A stretch of DNA of 64,000 nucleotides, taken from Clostridia bacterium. Its GTDB lineage: Bacteria > Bacillota > Clostridia > Oscillospirales > CAG-382. A program made the translations under genes and the position numbers. Positions within the stretch are counted from its first letter, which is position 1. Each line of letters opens with the position of its first letter. Below, piece after piece: positions 16,685 through 27,232 of the stretch. Where the stretch lies: positions 10,079 to 74,078 of the forward strand of contig JAFSNK010000019.1 in assembly GCA_017447445.1 (NCBI GenBank), read 5' to 3'. The notes below the pieces were generated by a model. It ran no database searches. It saw only the letters and a program-made list of their open reading frames with translations, and was not told the DNA's origin.

Positions 16685-16755
16685 AAACCGCTAAATATCG
16701 GGCGGTCCTCTGCGGCTCAGCAAGAACGCTACGAAGAAAACGGAGGTAAACAGCT

Positions 16756-17097
16756 TTGGATATGTTAAAAGCTTTTACAGATGAGCAGCTTAAAAAAGAG
16801 GTTCCCGCGTTCAACATCGGCGATACCGTTAAAGTTCACCAGAGAATAGTCGAAGGAACCAGAGTCAGAACACAGATCTTTGAAGGGACGGTCATCGCCA
16901 AGAAAAACGGCGGGATCTCCGAGACTTTCACAGTAAGAAGAGTTTCCTACGGCGTCGGTACCGAAAAGACCTTCCCGCTTCACTCTCCGAACGTGCAGGC
17001 TGTCGAGGTTGTCAGAGCCGGTAAGGTCCGCCGCGCAAAGCTTTATTATCTGCGCGAGAGAGTCGGCAAATACGCCAAAGTCAAAGAAAAAATCTAA
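16756..17097 (+). CDS. rplS: 50S ribosomal protein L19
   Basis: [60 protein letters not shown]...[10 protein letters not shown]. The start is either TTG at 16756 or ATG at 16762. Confidence 0.95.
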   Translation: MDMLKAFTDEQLKKEVPAFNIGDTVKVHQRIVEGTRVRTQIFEGTVIAKKNGGISETFTVRRVSYGVGTEKTFPLHSPNVQAVEVVRAGKVRRAKLYYLRERVGKYAKVKEKI

Positions 17098-17187
17098 CAG
17101 ACTCACGGGTGCCTGCTTTACGCGGGCACTTTTGCTATTTTGCATATTATTGCATATTATTCTGAAGTACGTTTTACAGAGGTCATT

Positions 17188-17931
17188 ATGTCGGACGAAA
17201 TGAATCACAGCGGCGCTTCACGCGGCGCGGAAACAGAAAACGCATCCTACGAGCCCGCGTTCACCGCCGCGGAAATAACGCCGGTGCGCGCGGAAGAAGC
17301 GCCGGATTGCGCCGCCGCGGTACCCGGCGAGGGCGCGGAAGAAAGCGAAAAAAAGGAAAAACGCGGGGCGCTCCAAACGGTCTTCGATTATTTCGAGACC
17401 TTCTGTTTCGCCGTCGCGCTTATGATGGTGCTTTTGCTTTTCGTGTTCCGCTACGTTTCGGTGGACGGCAGCTCCATGCGCGAAACGCTGCACGACAGGG
17501 ACAAGCTTATAATCTCCAACCTGTTCTACACCCCCAAGACCGGAGATATCGTGGTGGTGAACCCCGAAAATCACTCCCCGTCCGATAATCCTATAATAAA
17601 GCGCGTCATCGCCACCGGGGGGCAGAAGGTATATATCGATTACGCCAACTGGGAAGTATACGTCGACGGCGTTAAGCTCGACGAGCCGTATATCAACGCC
17701 ATGCGCGAGGAAGAACGGCGGCGCTACGGCGAGGGAGTCGGTATGTCGAAGGGCGACGTGCCGCGTTTCCAGCGCGAATTCACGGTGGAAGACGGCAAGG
17801 TTTTCGTGATGGGCGACAACCGCAACAACTCGCACGACAGCCGCTACGCCGATTACGGCGAGATCGGGGTGAACCGCATACTCGGCAGGGTGCTTTTCCG
17901 CGTGTTCCCCGACTTCGGCGCGGTGGAGTAA
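17188..17931 (+). CDS. lepB: signal peptidase I
   Basis: Catalytic boxes VDGSSMRETL, IIKRVIATGG and VMGDNRNNSHDSRY, with a TM helix FCFAVALMMVLLLFVF. I use the internal ATG at 17188. Confidence 0.9.
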   Translation: MSDEMNHSGASRGAETENASYEPAFTAAEITPVRAEEAPDCAAAVPGEGAEESEKKEKRGALQTVFDYFETFCFAVALMMVLLLFVFRYVSVDGSSMRETLHDRDKLIISNLFYTPKTGDIVVVNPENHSPSDNPIIKRVIATGGQKVYIDYANWEVYVDGVKLDEPYINAMREEERRRYGEGVGMSKGDVPRFQREFTVEDGKVFVMGDNRNNSHDSRYADYGEIGVNRILGRVLFRVFPDFGAVE

Positions 17932-17937
17932 ACAAAG

Positions 17938-18804
17938 ATGAACGAGCTTACTCAGGACATACACTGGTATCCCGGGCATATGGCGAAGGCGAAGCGCAGA
18001 ATAATCGAAGCGCTTCCGAACATCGACATGGTGATAGAACTGCTCGACGCGCGCGCGCCGCTTTCCAGCCGCAACCCGGATTTTAAGGAAATATTCAAAA
18101 ACAAACCCGTGCTCACGCTGCTTACCAAAAGCAATCTTGCGGACAGGAACGCCACGGCGGGGTTCCTGCGCGCCCTTTCGGGCGAAAACGCGCGCGCGCG
18201 CGCCATCGACTGCAAGACCGGGTACGGGATAAAGGACATTTCCGCAAGCATAAACGAGCTTATGGCGGAAAAACTCGCCCGGGACGCGGCGAGAGGGATA
18301 AAACGCCCGGTCCGCGCCATGGTCGCGGGGATAACCAACGTGGGCAAATCCACGTTTATAAACACGCTCTGCGGGCAGAAAAAAGCCGCCGCGGCGGACA
18401 AACCCGGCGTCACGCGGCAGAACGCCCGCGTTTCTGTCCCTTCGCTCGGGATCGAATTGACCGACACGCCGGGGCTTTTGTGGCACAAATTCGACGACCG
18501 CGAGGTGGGGATAAAGCTCGCCTGCCTCGGCTCGATAAACGACGATATTTTAGACGTATGGGGGCTCGCGCTGGAGCTTTTGAACATTCTAAAAGCGCGC
18601 TACCCGCAGTGCGTAACGGCAAGGTACGGCGTCCCGGCTTCACCGGAGGACGACGTGAACGCGCTGTTTGAAAGCATCGCCAAAAAGCGCGGCTTCATCC
18701 GCGCGGGCGGCGTTATCGACGAGGAACGCGCCGCGAGCGTGATCCTGGACGAGTTCCGCGCCGGAAAAATCGGACAAATAACTTTGGACAGAATCACTCA
18801 ATAA
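17938..18804 (+). CDS. rbgA: ribosome biogenesis GTPase A (YlqF/RbgA)
   Basis: IHWYPGHMAKAKR and a circularly permuted GTPase layout (LLTKSNL ... GITNVGKST ... LTDTPG). Confidence 0.9.
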   Translation: MNELTQDIHWYPGHMAKAKRRIIEALPNIDMVIELLDARAPLSSRNPDFKEIFKNKPVLTLLTKSNLADRNATAGFLRALSGENARARAIDCKTGYGIKDISASINELMAEKLARDAARGIKRPVRAMVAGITNVGKSTFINTLCGQKKAAAADKPGVTRQNARVSVPSLGIELTDTPGLLWHKFDDREVGIKLACLGSINDDILDVWGLALELLNILKARYPQCVTARYGVPASPEDDVNALFESIAKKRGFIRAGGVIDEERAASVILDEFRAGKIGQITLDRITQ

Positions 18805-18956
18805 CGGATAATTACGGTTGAAAAAGCGAATAGTTATTTCTTCCAAACGTTTTTTCGATATACTCAAACGTTTTTTTGTTGAAGGCGGGAGCTCGCGGCG
18901 AAAACCGCGGAAATATCCGCCCGGGGGCGCGTGCCCCGGAGACGACGGAGGTGTTT

Positions 18957-19589
18957 ATGGCAACTCAATTAAGCTGGGAAACCGAATTTTCGTTCCGCAC
19001 GGACGGCGCGGCGATAGTCTGCGGCTGCGACGAAGCAGGGCGCGGTCCGCTTGCCGGGCCGGTGTTCGCCGCGGCGGTCATACTGCCGGACGGAATGGTG
19101 ATCGAAGGATTGAACGATTCCAAAAAGCTAAGCGAAAAAAAGCGCGAGGAGCTTTACGACGAGATACGCGCCAAGTGTATCGACTGCGCCGTCGCCCACG
19201 CGGAGGTGTACGAGATAGAGGCGATAAACATCCTTAACGCCTCGATGCTCGCGATGCGCCGCGCCATCGCGCTGCTGCGGGTAAAGCCGGAGCTCGCGCT
19301 TATCGACGGCAACGTTGCGCGCGATTTCACCATACCCGCCAAACCCGTTATAAAAGGGGACGGAAAATGCCCCTCCATAGCCGCCGCCTCCATTCTGGCA
19401 AAGGTGGAAAGGGACAGATTCTGCCGCGAGCTGGACGGCTTTTACCCCGAATACGGCTTTGCGGCGCACAAGGGCTACGCCACAAAGGCGCATATCGCGG
19501 CGATAAGGAAATACGGCCCCTGTCCCGCGCACAGGATAAGCTTTTTAAGAAAAGTGCTTAAAGATGCCGAACAACAAAACCTTATATAA
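18957..19589 (+). CDS. rnhB: ribonuclease HII
   Basis: CGCDEAGRGPLAGPVFAAAVIL, DSKKLSEKKRE and SIAAASILAKV. The ATG at 18957 follows GGAGG. Confidence 0.9.
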   Translation: MATQLSWETEFSFRTDGAAIVCGCDEAGRGPLAGPVFAAAVILPDGMVIEGLNDSKKLSEKKREELYDEIRAKCIDCAVAHAEVYEIEAINILNASMLAMRRAIALLRVKPELALIDGNVARDFTIPAKPVIKGDGKCPSIAAASILAKVERDRFCRELDGFYPEYGFAAHKGYATKAHIAAIRKYGPCPAHRISFLRKVLKDAEQQNLI

Positions 19590-20031
19590 AGCGCCCCGCG
19601 CAGCAGGCATGCGCGGCGGTTTCAGCGCGAAAAAGTTCGGCGCCGCGGGCGAGGATATCGCCGCCGCGTACCTGAAAAAACACGGCTGGCGCGTGGTCGC
19701 GCGGAACTACGCCGAAAACGGCGGGGAAATAGATATTATCGGCTATAAGCGCGGGAAATTAACGTTTTTCGAGGTGAAAACGCGCTCCAACGAAACGTTC
19801 GGCAGGCCCGCCGACGCGGTCGGCGCGGAAAAGACGGCGCGCATAAAAAAAGCGGCGCGCTCCTTCCGCGCGGAATGTATGCGCGGCGGAAAAGTCCCCG
19901 TGCCGTTCTTTTTCGGGAAAACACTATACCGCCGGGTATATAAAAAATCGGTGGATATAATAGAAATAATGCTTACGCACGGCGGGGAACTGCTGGAACT
20001 GAATCACATCAAGGACGTCGAAGAATTATGA
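19564..20031 (+). CDS. yraN: YraN-family (UPF0102) endonuclease-like protein
   Basis: GEDIAAAYLKKHGWRVVARNY...GEIDIIGYKRGKLTFFEVKTR. The start is ambiguous between the ATG at 19564 and the ATG at 19609. Confidence 0.8.
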   Translation: MPNNKTLYKAPRAAGMRGGFSAKKFGAAGEDIAAAYLKKHGWRVVARNYAENGGEIDIIGYKRGKLTFFEVKTRSNETFGRPADAVGAEKTARIKKAARSFRAECMRGGKVPVPFFFGKTLYRRVYKKSVDIIEIMLTHGGELLELNHIKDVEEL

Positions 20032-21545
20032 AACCGGATATCAAAGAATTATACCGACTGCACCGCCTTGCCCTTGACGTTCGTTACGTCAGCACCCGCG
20101 GGGAAGGCAAAAAGCATTCCGCCGCGGAGGTAATAAAAAAAGGGCTCGCCGACGACGGCGGGCTTTTCGTGCCGGAACGCTTTTTCCCTCTTCTTACCGA
20201 AGACCTTTTAGAAGAGCTTTGCGGTTTCGATTACGCCGACCGCGCGGCGTTCATACTTTCGCGCTTCCTGCCGGATTATAAGTTTGCGGATCTGCTCGAC
20301 GCGGCGCGCGCCGCGTATTCCGCGGAAAAATTCGGCGGTCCCGCCGCGCCTATCGCGCGGGTGGGGAGCGACTATCTTCTGGAGCTGTGGCACGGACCGA
20401 CGAGCGCTTTTAAGGATATGGCGCTGCAGATAATGCCGCGCCTGCTCTCGCTCGCGCTGGATATCACCGGAGAATGCCGGGACGCGTATATACTCGTCGC
20501 CACCAGCGGCGACACCGGGAAAGCCGCCCTGGAGGGCTACAGGGACGTTCCGCGCGTAAAAATAAAGGTGTTCTACCCGGTAAACGGCGTTTCGAACATT
20601 CAGAAAAAGCAGATGAGCTCGCAGACCGGCGAAAACGTCGACGTGGTGGCGATAAACGGCAACTTCGACGACGCGCAGACCGGAGTGAAGCGCATTTTCT
20701 CGGACGAAAACTGCCGCTTCGAGCTCGCGCAGAAGGGCTGGTTCTTCTCCAGCGCGAACTCCATAAACTGGGGCAGGCTCGTCCCGCAGATCGTCTATTA
20801 TATCTCCGCCTACTGCGACCTGCTCAAAGAAAAACAGATAAAGCCCGGCGAGAAGATAGATATAGTCGTCCCGACCGGCAACTTCGGCAATATATTCGCC
20901 GCCTACGCCGCAAAGCAGATGCTGCTGCCCGTGGGCCGGCTGGTGTGCGCCTCCAACCGCAACGACGTGCTCGCCGATTTCATAAACACCGGCGTTTACG
21001 ATAAACGGCGCGAGTTCTTCACCACCGTTTCGCCCTCGATGGACATTCTTGTTTCCAGCAACCTGGAACGCCTGCTGTATTGGAAGTTCGGCGCGCCCGC
21101 AGCCGCCGGGTTTATGAAAGAGCTTGCCCAAAACGGTTTTTATAAGCTGAACGGAGATCAGCTCGCCGCCGTGCAAAGCGATTTTTCGGGCTTTTCCTGC
21201 ACCGAGGAGGAGACGAAAGCCGTTATCGCCGCGACGTTCAAAAAATACGGCTATCTTTGCGATACTCACACCGCCGTCGCGCTCGGCTGCGCGGAAAAAT
21301 ACCGCGCGTCGGCTGAATATACCGGAGGCAAGCTGCTTATCGCCTCCACCGCGTCGCCCTATAAGTTCGCGCCCGCGGTGCTTTCCGCGCTGGGCGAACC
21401 CGTCCCGGCGGACGACTTCGCGGCGCTCGACAAGCTGCACGAGGTAACCAAGGTCCCCGTGCCGGGCAATCTCGCCGGCTTAAAAGATGCCCCCGTGCGC
21501 TTTACCGAGACGGTCGGTCCCGCGGATATGCAAAAAACGCTTTAG
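20028..21545 (+). CDS. thrC: threonine synthase (long form)
   Basis: The PLP-lysine motif LWHGPTSAFKDMALQ and VATSGDTGKAA are present. The start forms an ATGA overlap with the yraN stop. Confidence 0.9.
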   Translation: MKPDIKELYRLHRLALDVRYVSTRGEGKKHSAAEVIKKGLADDGGLFVPERFFPLLTEDLLEELCGFDYADRAAFILSRFLPDYKFADLLDAARAAYSAEKFGGPAAPIARVGSDYLLELWHGPTSAFKDMALQIMPRLLSLALDITGECRDAYILVATSGDTGKAALEGYRDVPRVKIKVFYPVNGVSNIQKKQMSSQTGENVDVVAINGNFDDAQTGVKRIFSDENCRFELAQKGWFFSSANSINWGRLVPQIVYYISAYCDLLKEKQIKPGEKIDIVVPTGNFGNIFAAYAAKQMLLPVGRLVCASNRNDVLADFINTGVYDKRREFFTTVSPSMDILVSSNLERLLYWKFGAPAAAGFMKELAQNGFYKLNGDQLAAVQSDFSGFSCTEEETKAVIAATFKKYGYLCDTHTAVALGCAEKYRASAEYTGGKLLIASTASPYKFAPAVLSALGEPVPADDFAALDKLHEVTKVPVPGNLAGLKDAPVRFTETVGPADMQKTL

Positions 21546-21553
21546 AAAAGGAA

Positions 21554-21643
21554 TTGCCGGGGCGCAAACACCGGCAAAACGCTTTGATTTTTGTTTTTAA
21601 AGTTTTTCGGGGTTCCGGACCGTTTTTTCAAAAAAGGTCCGGA
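21554..21643. terminator. two hairpins between convergent thrC and the DUF1540 gene
   Basis: TTGCCGG-N10-CCGGCAA at 21554-21577, and TCCGGACC-gttttttcaaaaaa-GGTCCGGA at 21614-21643. Confidence 0.55.
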
Positions 21644-21682
21644 CGGAGCGCGAGGCGGAGCCTCGCATAATAACCCGAATAA

Positions 21683-21874
21683 TCAAAAACTTTTCGGCTT
21701 GAACGTCGCGCAGACGGTCTGCGTGCTGTTCGTCGCGGCGGCGGGGCCGACGGCGATCTTTTCCGCCGTGCAGTAGTGAACTCCGTCGTGGTAGGCGCAG
21801 TTCTTAACGCTGCAGCTTATGCCGCGGTTGTGCTTCGGCGCGCGGTTAAAGGATATCGCGTCCGTAAAAAACAC
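21683..21874 (-). CDS. DUF1540-domain small Cys-rich protein
   Basis: ISCSVKNCAYHDGVHYCTAEKIAVGP...CATFKPK, the Cys pattern typical of DUF1540. Confidence 0.75.
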   Translation of the reverse strand: MFFTDAISFNRAPKHNRGISCSVKNCAYHDGVHYCTAEKIAVGPAAATNSTQTVCATFKPKSF

Positions 21875-21938
21875 CTCTTTCCGTTTTTGTTTTTATTATT
21901 TGCACAAAACGGGAAAAATATTTGCAAAGGAACTTCAA

Positions 21939-22667
21939 ATGGCTCTTTACACTATCGCGGACCTGCATCTTTCCTATACGTCCAACAAGCCGATGGATAT
22001 ATTCGGCCCGAAGTGGGAAAACCACGCCGAGCGCCTGCGCGCGAACTGGCAATCCGTCGTTTCGCCCGGGGATACGGTTGTTATCGCGGGGGACGTTTCG
22101 TGGGGGATGCGCATCGGCGACGCTTCGGCGGATCTGCAGTTCATAGAATCGCTGAACGGCAAAAAAATAATCGCCAAGGGCAACCACGATTTCTGGTGGG
22201 GCACCATGAAAAAGCTTTACGAGCTGCGCGATTCGATCGGCGCGCAAAGCATAGATTTTCTGTTCAACAACGCCTATTACGAGCAGGGCTTTATCATCTG
22301 CGGCACGCGCGGCTGGTTCCCGGAATCGGCATACGGCCCGGAGGACGAAAAAATAGTGAACCGCGAAGCGGAACGGCTGCGCGCCTCGATACTCGCGGGG
22401 CTTAAAATAAAAGAAGAACACCCGGAAGCGGAGCTTCTGGCGTTCCTGCACTACCCGCCCGCCTACGGCGGAGTAAAATGCGGGCGTATCTGCGAAGTCC
22501 TGCGCGAATACGGGATAAAGCGCGTGTTCTACGGGCACATCCACAACGCGCAGAGATCTATGCTCGTGCACCAGACCGCGGGGGCGAAGCTCGTTCTTAC
22601 CGCGGCGGACAAGCTGGATTTCACACCGATGAGGATAGAGAGGGAAGGGATATGCACGATATCGTGA
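21939..22667 (+). CDS. metallophosphoesterase (calcineurin-like)
   Basis: MALYTIADLHLSY, VIAGDVSWG, AKGNHDFWW and FLHYPP match the DxH / GD / GNHD / H motifs. I use the internal ATG at 21939. Confidence 0.8.
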   Translation: MALYTIADLHLSYTSNKPMDIFGPKWENHAERLRANWQSVVSPGDTVVIAGDVSWGMRIGDASADLQFIESLNGKKIIAKGNHDFWWGTMKKLYELRDSIGAQSIDFLFNNAYYEQGFIICGTRGWFPESAYGPEDEKIVNREAERLRASILAGLKIKEEHPEAELLAFLHYPPAYGGVKCGRICEVLREYGIKRVFYGHIHNAQRSMLVHQTAGAKLVLTAADKLDFTPMRIEREGICTIS

Positions 22668-23557
22668 TAATCGGCGCGGGGCCCGCGGGGCTCACCGCGG
22701 CGATCTATGCCCGCCGCGCCGGGAAAAGCGTGCTTGTGCTGGAGGCGAAAAGCTTCGGCGGGCAGATAATAAACGCGCCGGATATCGAAAACTACCCCGC
22801 CGCGCCGCATATCTCGGGCTTCGATTTCGCTTCGAATATCTATTCGCAGGCGACGGAGCTCGGCGCGGAGATTAAGTTCGAAAAGGCGCTGGAAATATCC
22901 GCGGAGGGCAAAACGAAAACCGTCCGCACCGCAAAGAACGAATACCCCTGCCGCGCCGTGATAATCGCCGCCGGGTCGGAAACGCGCAAGCTGGGGCTTG
23001 CGGGGGAGGATTTGCTTTTAGGCAAGGGCGTGTCCTACTGCGCCACCTGCGACGGCAATTTTTTCCGCGGGAAGCGGGTGATAGTCGTCGGCGGCGGGAA
23101 TACCGCGCTGGAGGACGCGCTGTATCTTTCCGACCTGTGCGAAACGGTTGTCCTGGTGCACCGCCGCGATTCCTTCCGGGGCGAGGAAACCACTGTCGAA
23201 AAACTCAAAAAACGCAAAAATATCGTTTTCGCGCTTAACGCGCGGGTAACAAAGCTGCTATATTCCGAACGGCTGGAGGGCGCGGAGCTGACGTACGCTT
23301 CCGGCGGGACCGAAACCGTCGCGGCAAGCGGGCTGTTCGTCGCCATTGGCAGAGTGCCGGAGAGCCGGTACTTCGCTTCGCTGTTCGATACGGACGCCGC
23401 GGGCTACGCCGTATCCGGCGAGGACTGCCGCACGAAAACGCCCGGCGTGTTCGTCGCCGGGGACCTGCGCTCCAAATCCCTGCGCCAGCTCGTTACCGCC
23501 GTCGCGGACGGCGCCGCCGCCGCGACCAACGCGGCGGAATACCTGAACGATCTGTAA
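22652..23557 (+). CDS. trxB: thioredoxin-disulfide reductase
   Basis: DIVIIGAGPAGLTAAIY, the redox CATCDG motif, VVGGGNTALEDA and GVFVAGD. The gene overlaps the previous gene by 16 nt. Confidence 0.9.
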   Translation: MHDIVIIGAGPAGLTAAIYARRAGKSVLVLEAKSFGGQIINAPDIENYPAAPHISGFDFASNIYSQATELGAEIKFEKALEISAEGKTKTVRTAKNEYPCRAVIIAAGSETRKLGLAGEDLLLGKGVSYCATCDGNFFRGKRVIVVGGGNTALEDALYLSDLCETVVLVHRRDSFRGEETTVEKLKKRKNIVFALNARVTKLLYSERLEGAELTYASGGTETVAASGLFVAIGRVPESRYFASLFDTDAAGYAVSGEDCRTKTPGVFVAGDLRSKSLRQLVTAVADGAAAATNAAEYLNDL

Positions 23558-23578
23558 AACGCAAGTTTCGATCCGTCT

Positions 23579-23605
23579 GAAAACGCACCGCAAGGGTGCG
23601 TTTTC
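23579..23605. terminator. bidirectional hairpin terminator
   Basis: GAAAACGCACC-gcaa-GGTGCGTTTTC between convergent trxB and the ABC exporter gene. Confidence 0.65.
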
Positions 23606-23668
23606 TTTCGTTTTTCGCGGCAAATCAAAAAACGCTCACCTTCCGGGGAGCGTTTTCGGGGGAATATT

Positions 23669-25420
23669 CTACTCGAACTGGCTGTTATATAGTTTTGCGT
23701 AGAAGCCGCCCTTTGCAAGCAGGTCGGCGTGCCTGCCCTGCTCGATCACCCTGCCGTCGCGCATAACAAGAATAAGGTCGGCGTCGCGGACGGTGGAAAG
23801 GCGGTGGGCGACGATAAAGCTCGTCCTGCCGCGCATCATGCGCAAGAACGCGTCCTGAATTTTAAGCTCCGTGCGGGTGTCGATGGAGGAGGTCGCCTCG
23901 TCGAGTATCAGCATCGGCGGCAGGCGCAGCATCACCCGCGCTATGCAAAGAAGCTGCCTTTGCCCCTGCGAAAGCCCGCCGGAATCGGATATAACGGTAT
24001 CGTACCCCCGCGGCAGACGGCGTATAAACGCGTCCGCGTGGGAATCCCGCGCCGCGGCGTATATTTCCGCGTCCGTCGCGTCCGGCTTGCCGAGGGCGAT
24101 ATTCTCGCGCACGGTAGCTTCCTTTATCCAGGTGTCCTGCAGGACCATACCGAAGTTCGCGCGGAGCGAAGCGCGGGTGTACGCGAGCACGTCGGTGCCG
24201 TCGATCTCTATCGAGCCGCCGTCCGGCTCGTAGAACCGCATAAGCAGGTTTATAAGCGTGGTCTTGCCGCATCCGGTGGGACCGACAATCGCCACGCGGT
24301 TGCCCGGAGCCACGGAGAGCGAGAGGTCTTTTATAAGCGTTTTTGATTTGTCGTAGGAAAAATCTATTTCTTTAAGCGCGGCTTCGCCTTTCGCGGGGGG
24401 CATCTGCGGTTCGCCATCCGGCTCTTCCTCGCCGGGCTCGTCCAGCAGTTCGTATACGCGCGCGGCGCAGACCAGCGAGTTCTGTAGCTCCGTCACCACG
24501 CCGGATATCTCGTTAAAAGGTTTGGTGTATTGGTTCGCGTAGCTCAAAAACGCCGTCAGTCCGCCTACGGTAAGCCCCGCGCCCGCGCTCCCGGTAACGA
24601 AAAGCGCGCCCGCCAAAGCCACCGCGGCGTAGATAAGGCAGTTTATGAACCGCGTCACCGGGTTCGTTAGCGACGAGAAGAACACCGCCCGAACAGTCGC
24701 CTTCGTCAACCGCCCGTTTATTTCGCGGAATGCCGCCATATCCGCTTCCTCCCGCCCGAAGGCGCGCACGACCTTCTGGCCGCTCACCGTTTCGTCGATA
24801 AACGCCGTCTGCTCGCCGCGGATCGCCGCCTGCTTTGTAAACATGGCGTGCGTGCGCCGCGCGATGAACCTTGCGGTGAACAGCGAGGCGGGCGTTAACA
24901 CCGCCGCCAGCAGCGCGAGCTTCCAGTCGACGCGGAACATAAACGCAAGCGTGCAGATTATGGTGACAATTCCGGAGAAAAGCTGCGAAAAGCCGAGCAA
25001 AAGCCCGTCCGCAAGCGCTTCCGAATCGGTTATAACGCGCCCGAGCGTATCGCCCAACGGGTGGGAATCGAGGTAGGAAAGCGGCAGTTTCTGCAGCTTT
25101 TTCATCGCCCGGAGGCGCAGCGAGCGCACCGTTTCGCAGCAGACACGGTTGTTTATGGCTCCTGCCCCCCAGCGGCACAAAGCCGAAGCGGCGGCGAATA
25201 CGAGAACGCGCAGCAGCAGCGGAGTCACGGCGGAAATATTCACTTCGCCTTTTGCGATTATTAAATCGAGCGCGCGTCCGATGAGTATGGGGATGTAAAG
25301 CGCGCAGACCACGCCGCCCGCCGCCAGCAGGAACGAAAGTACCGCGAGCGCGGAATAGGGGCGGAGCAGGCGCGCCGTGCGCCGCAGAGCCGCGCCGGAG
25401 CCGGAAGAAAGCTTTTTCAT
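23669..25420 (-). CDS. ABC exporter, fused permease/ATPase subunit
   Basis: A six-helix TMD, then Walker A GPTGCGKTT, signature LSQGQRQ and Walker B LILDEATS. Confidence 0.9.
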   Translation of the reverse strand: MKKLSSGSGAALRRTARLLRPYSALAVLSFLLAAGGVVCALYIPILIGRALDLIIAKGEVNISAVTPLLLRVLVFAAASALCRWGAGAINNRVCCETVRSLRLRAMKKLQKLPLSYLDSHPLGDTLGRVITDSEALADGLLLGFSQLFSGIVTIICTLAFMFRVDWKLALLAAVLTPASLFTARFIARRTHAMFTKQAAIRGEQTAFIDETVSGQKVVRAFGREEADMAAFREINGRLTKATVRAVFFSSLTNPVTRFINCLIYAAVALAGALFVTGSAGAGLTVGGLTAFLSYANQYTKPFNEISGVVTELQNSLVCAARVYELLDEPGEEEPDGEPQMPPAKGEAALKEIDFSYDKSKTLIKDLSLSVAPGNRVAIVGPTGCGKTTLINLLMRFYEPDGGSIEIDGTDVLAYTRASLRANFGMVLQDTWIKEATVRENIALGKPDATDAEIYAAARDSHADAFIRRLPRGYDTVISDSGGLSQGQRQLLCIARVMLRLPPMLILDEATSSIDTRTELKIQDAFLRMMRGRTSFIVAHRLSTVRDADLILVMRDGRVIEQGRHADLLAKGGFYAKLYNSQFE

Positions 25421-27147
25421 GCCCTTGCCGCCTCCTTCCTGAACTGCGAATCGTAGATCTCGCGGTAGACGGCGCAGGACTTCAAAAGCTCGCCGTGACT
25501 GCCCAGCCCGACGGGTATCCCGTCGTCGAGCACAAGTATTTTGTCCGCGTGGGCGATCGAAGCCGTGCGCTGCGAAATTATCACCGTCGCCCGCCCGGCG
25601 GCGTCTTTTTTAAGCGCTTTTCGCAAAGCCGATTCGGTTGCGAAGTCGAGCGCGGAGGCGCTGTCGTCGAGCACGAGTATCTCGGGGCTTCCGACCAGAG
25701 CGCGCGCCACAGTAAGCCGCTGGCGCTGTCCGCCGGAAAAGTTCCCGCCGCCCTGCTCCACTTCGGCGTCCAGGCCGCCTTTTGCCGCCGCAGTCTCCGC
25801 CGCCTGCGCCGTTTCCAGCGCGGCGAGCAGTTCTTCGTCCGTCGCGTTTTCGTCGCGCCAGCACAGGTTGCTTCGCAGACTGCCGCGGAACAGAAGCGCC
25901 TTCTGCGGCACGAATCCTATGCGGCGGCGAAGCTCGCTTTCCGGCAGGGAATCCAGGTTCGCGCCGTCTAAAAGTATCTCGCCCTCCGTCGCGCGGTAAA
26001 AGCGGGGGATAAGCTCCGCCACGGTGGATTTGCCGCTTCCGGTGCCGCCGATTATCCCAAGCGTTTCGCCCCTGCAAAGCGTGAACGAAACGCCGCTTAT
26101 CGCGTCCGCCGCCGCGTTCTCATAGCGGAACGAAACGCCGCGGAACTCCAGCAAAGGCGCGCCCGGAACGGGTTTTTCCGGCAAGGGCGCGCGCTCCGGC
26201 TCGCCGCTTTCTTCAACAAGCACCGAATTTATGCGTTTCGCGCAGGAAACGCCTTTGGAAACGGTTATAATAAGGTTGGCGAGCTTTATAAGCTCCACCA
26301 GTATCTGCGTCATATAATTATAAAGCGCCACAAGCTCGCCGCGCGTCATATCGCCGGAATCGACGTTTACCGCGCCGAGCCGGATAAGCGCGAATATGCC
26401 GAGGTTCACAAGAAGGAACGCCGCCGGGTCCATTATCGCGCCGATACGCCCCGTCCTGCGCTGTATCGACGTGAGCAGGGCGTGCTCCCGGGAGAACTCC
26501 TCCGATTCGGCTTCCTCAGTGCCGAAGGCGCGCACCACGCGCACGCCGGCCAGCCCCCCGCGCGCCTTCGCCGTTACTTTGTCGAGCGCTTTGCGCACGC
26601 GGCCGTAAAGCGGTATGCAGGCAAGCATTATTCCGAACACCACGACGGCGAGCAGCGGTATGAGCACCGCGAAAACAAGCGCCGCGCGGGCGTTCACGGT
26701 AAAAGCCATCACCGCCGCGCCGAACACCACGAAAGGCGAGCGCAGCAAAAGCCGCAGCGTTAAATTAAGCGCCGTCTGCACCTGGTTCACGTCGCCGGTG
26801 ATGCGGGTGATAAGCGCCGGAACGCCCAGTGAATCGAGCTTTGCGTAGGTAAAGCTCTGTATCTTCGCATAGAGCGATTCGCGCAGCCCCCCGGCGAACC
26901 CCGCCGCCGCCCGCGCCGAAAAATACTGCGCCGTGACCGAAAGCAAAAGCCCCGAAAGCCCGAGCGCCGCCATTATAAGCGCCGTGCGGATAATATATCC
27001 GTTGTCGTTCTTCATAATGCCTTCGTCGATCATCGCGGCGACCAGAAGCGGCACGAAAAGCTCCAGCACCGCCTCGCTCAGTTTAAGCAGCGGCGCCAGC
27101 ACGCATTCGCGGCGGAATTTTTTAAGTCGTTTGAAAAGCTCTTTCAT
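25417..27147 (-). CDS. ABC exporter, fused permease/ATPase subunit (partner of 23669..25420)
   Basis: Walker A GGTGSGKST, signature FSGGQRQR and Walker B LVLDDSAS. It overlaps the downstream partner by 4 nt, which suggests a heterodimer. Confidence 0.9.
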   Translation of the reverse strand: MKELFKRLKKFRRECVLAPLLKLSEAVLELFVPLLVAAMIDEGIMKNDNGYIIRTALIMAALGLSGLLLSVTAQYFSARAAAGFAGGLRESLYAKIQSFTYAKLDSLGVPALITRITGDVNQVQTALNLTLRLLLRSPFVVFGAAVMAFTVNARAALVFAVLIPLLAVVVFGIMLACIPLYGRVRKALDKVTAKARGGLAGVRVVRAFGTEEAESEEFSREHALLTSIQRRTGRIGAIMDPAAFLLVNLGIFALIRLGAVNVDSGDMTRGELVALYNYMTQILVELIKLANLIITVSKGVSCAKRINSVLVEESGEPERAPLPEKPVPGAPLLEFRGVSFRYENAAADAISGVSFTLCRGETLGIIGGTGSGKSTVAELIPRFYRATEGEILLDGANLDSLPESELRRRIGFVPQKALLFRGSLRSNLCWRDENATDEELLAALETAQAAETAAAKGGLDAEVEQGGGNFSGGQRQRLTVARALVGSPEILVLDDSASALDFATESALRKALKKDAAGRATVIISQRTASIAHADKILVLDDGIPVGLGSHGELLKSCAVYREIYDSQFRKEAARA

Positions 27148-27232
27148 TTTTTCCTCTGACTTGCGTTTCTTGCAATACGATTATAACCCTTTTGAGCCGC
27201 CGTGTCAACAATATGAAAAAGCGTTTTTCGGG

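Noticed and set aside
16685-16755. Calling the rplS 5' UTR an L19 autoregulatory leader.
   Set aside because: The position and length are right, but I could not fold a convincing conserved structure by hand. A covariance-model search is needed before annotating it.
18805-18956. 150-nt gap between rbgA and rnhB, with a duplicated CAAACGTTTTTT motif and two short GC hairpins.
   Set aside because: The structures are short and there is no recognisable regulatory-RNA signature. It is probably an internal promoter or terminator region, with insufficient evidence for a distinct feature.
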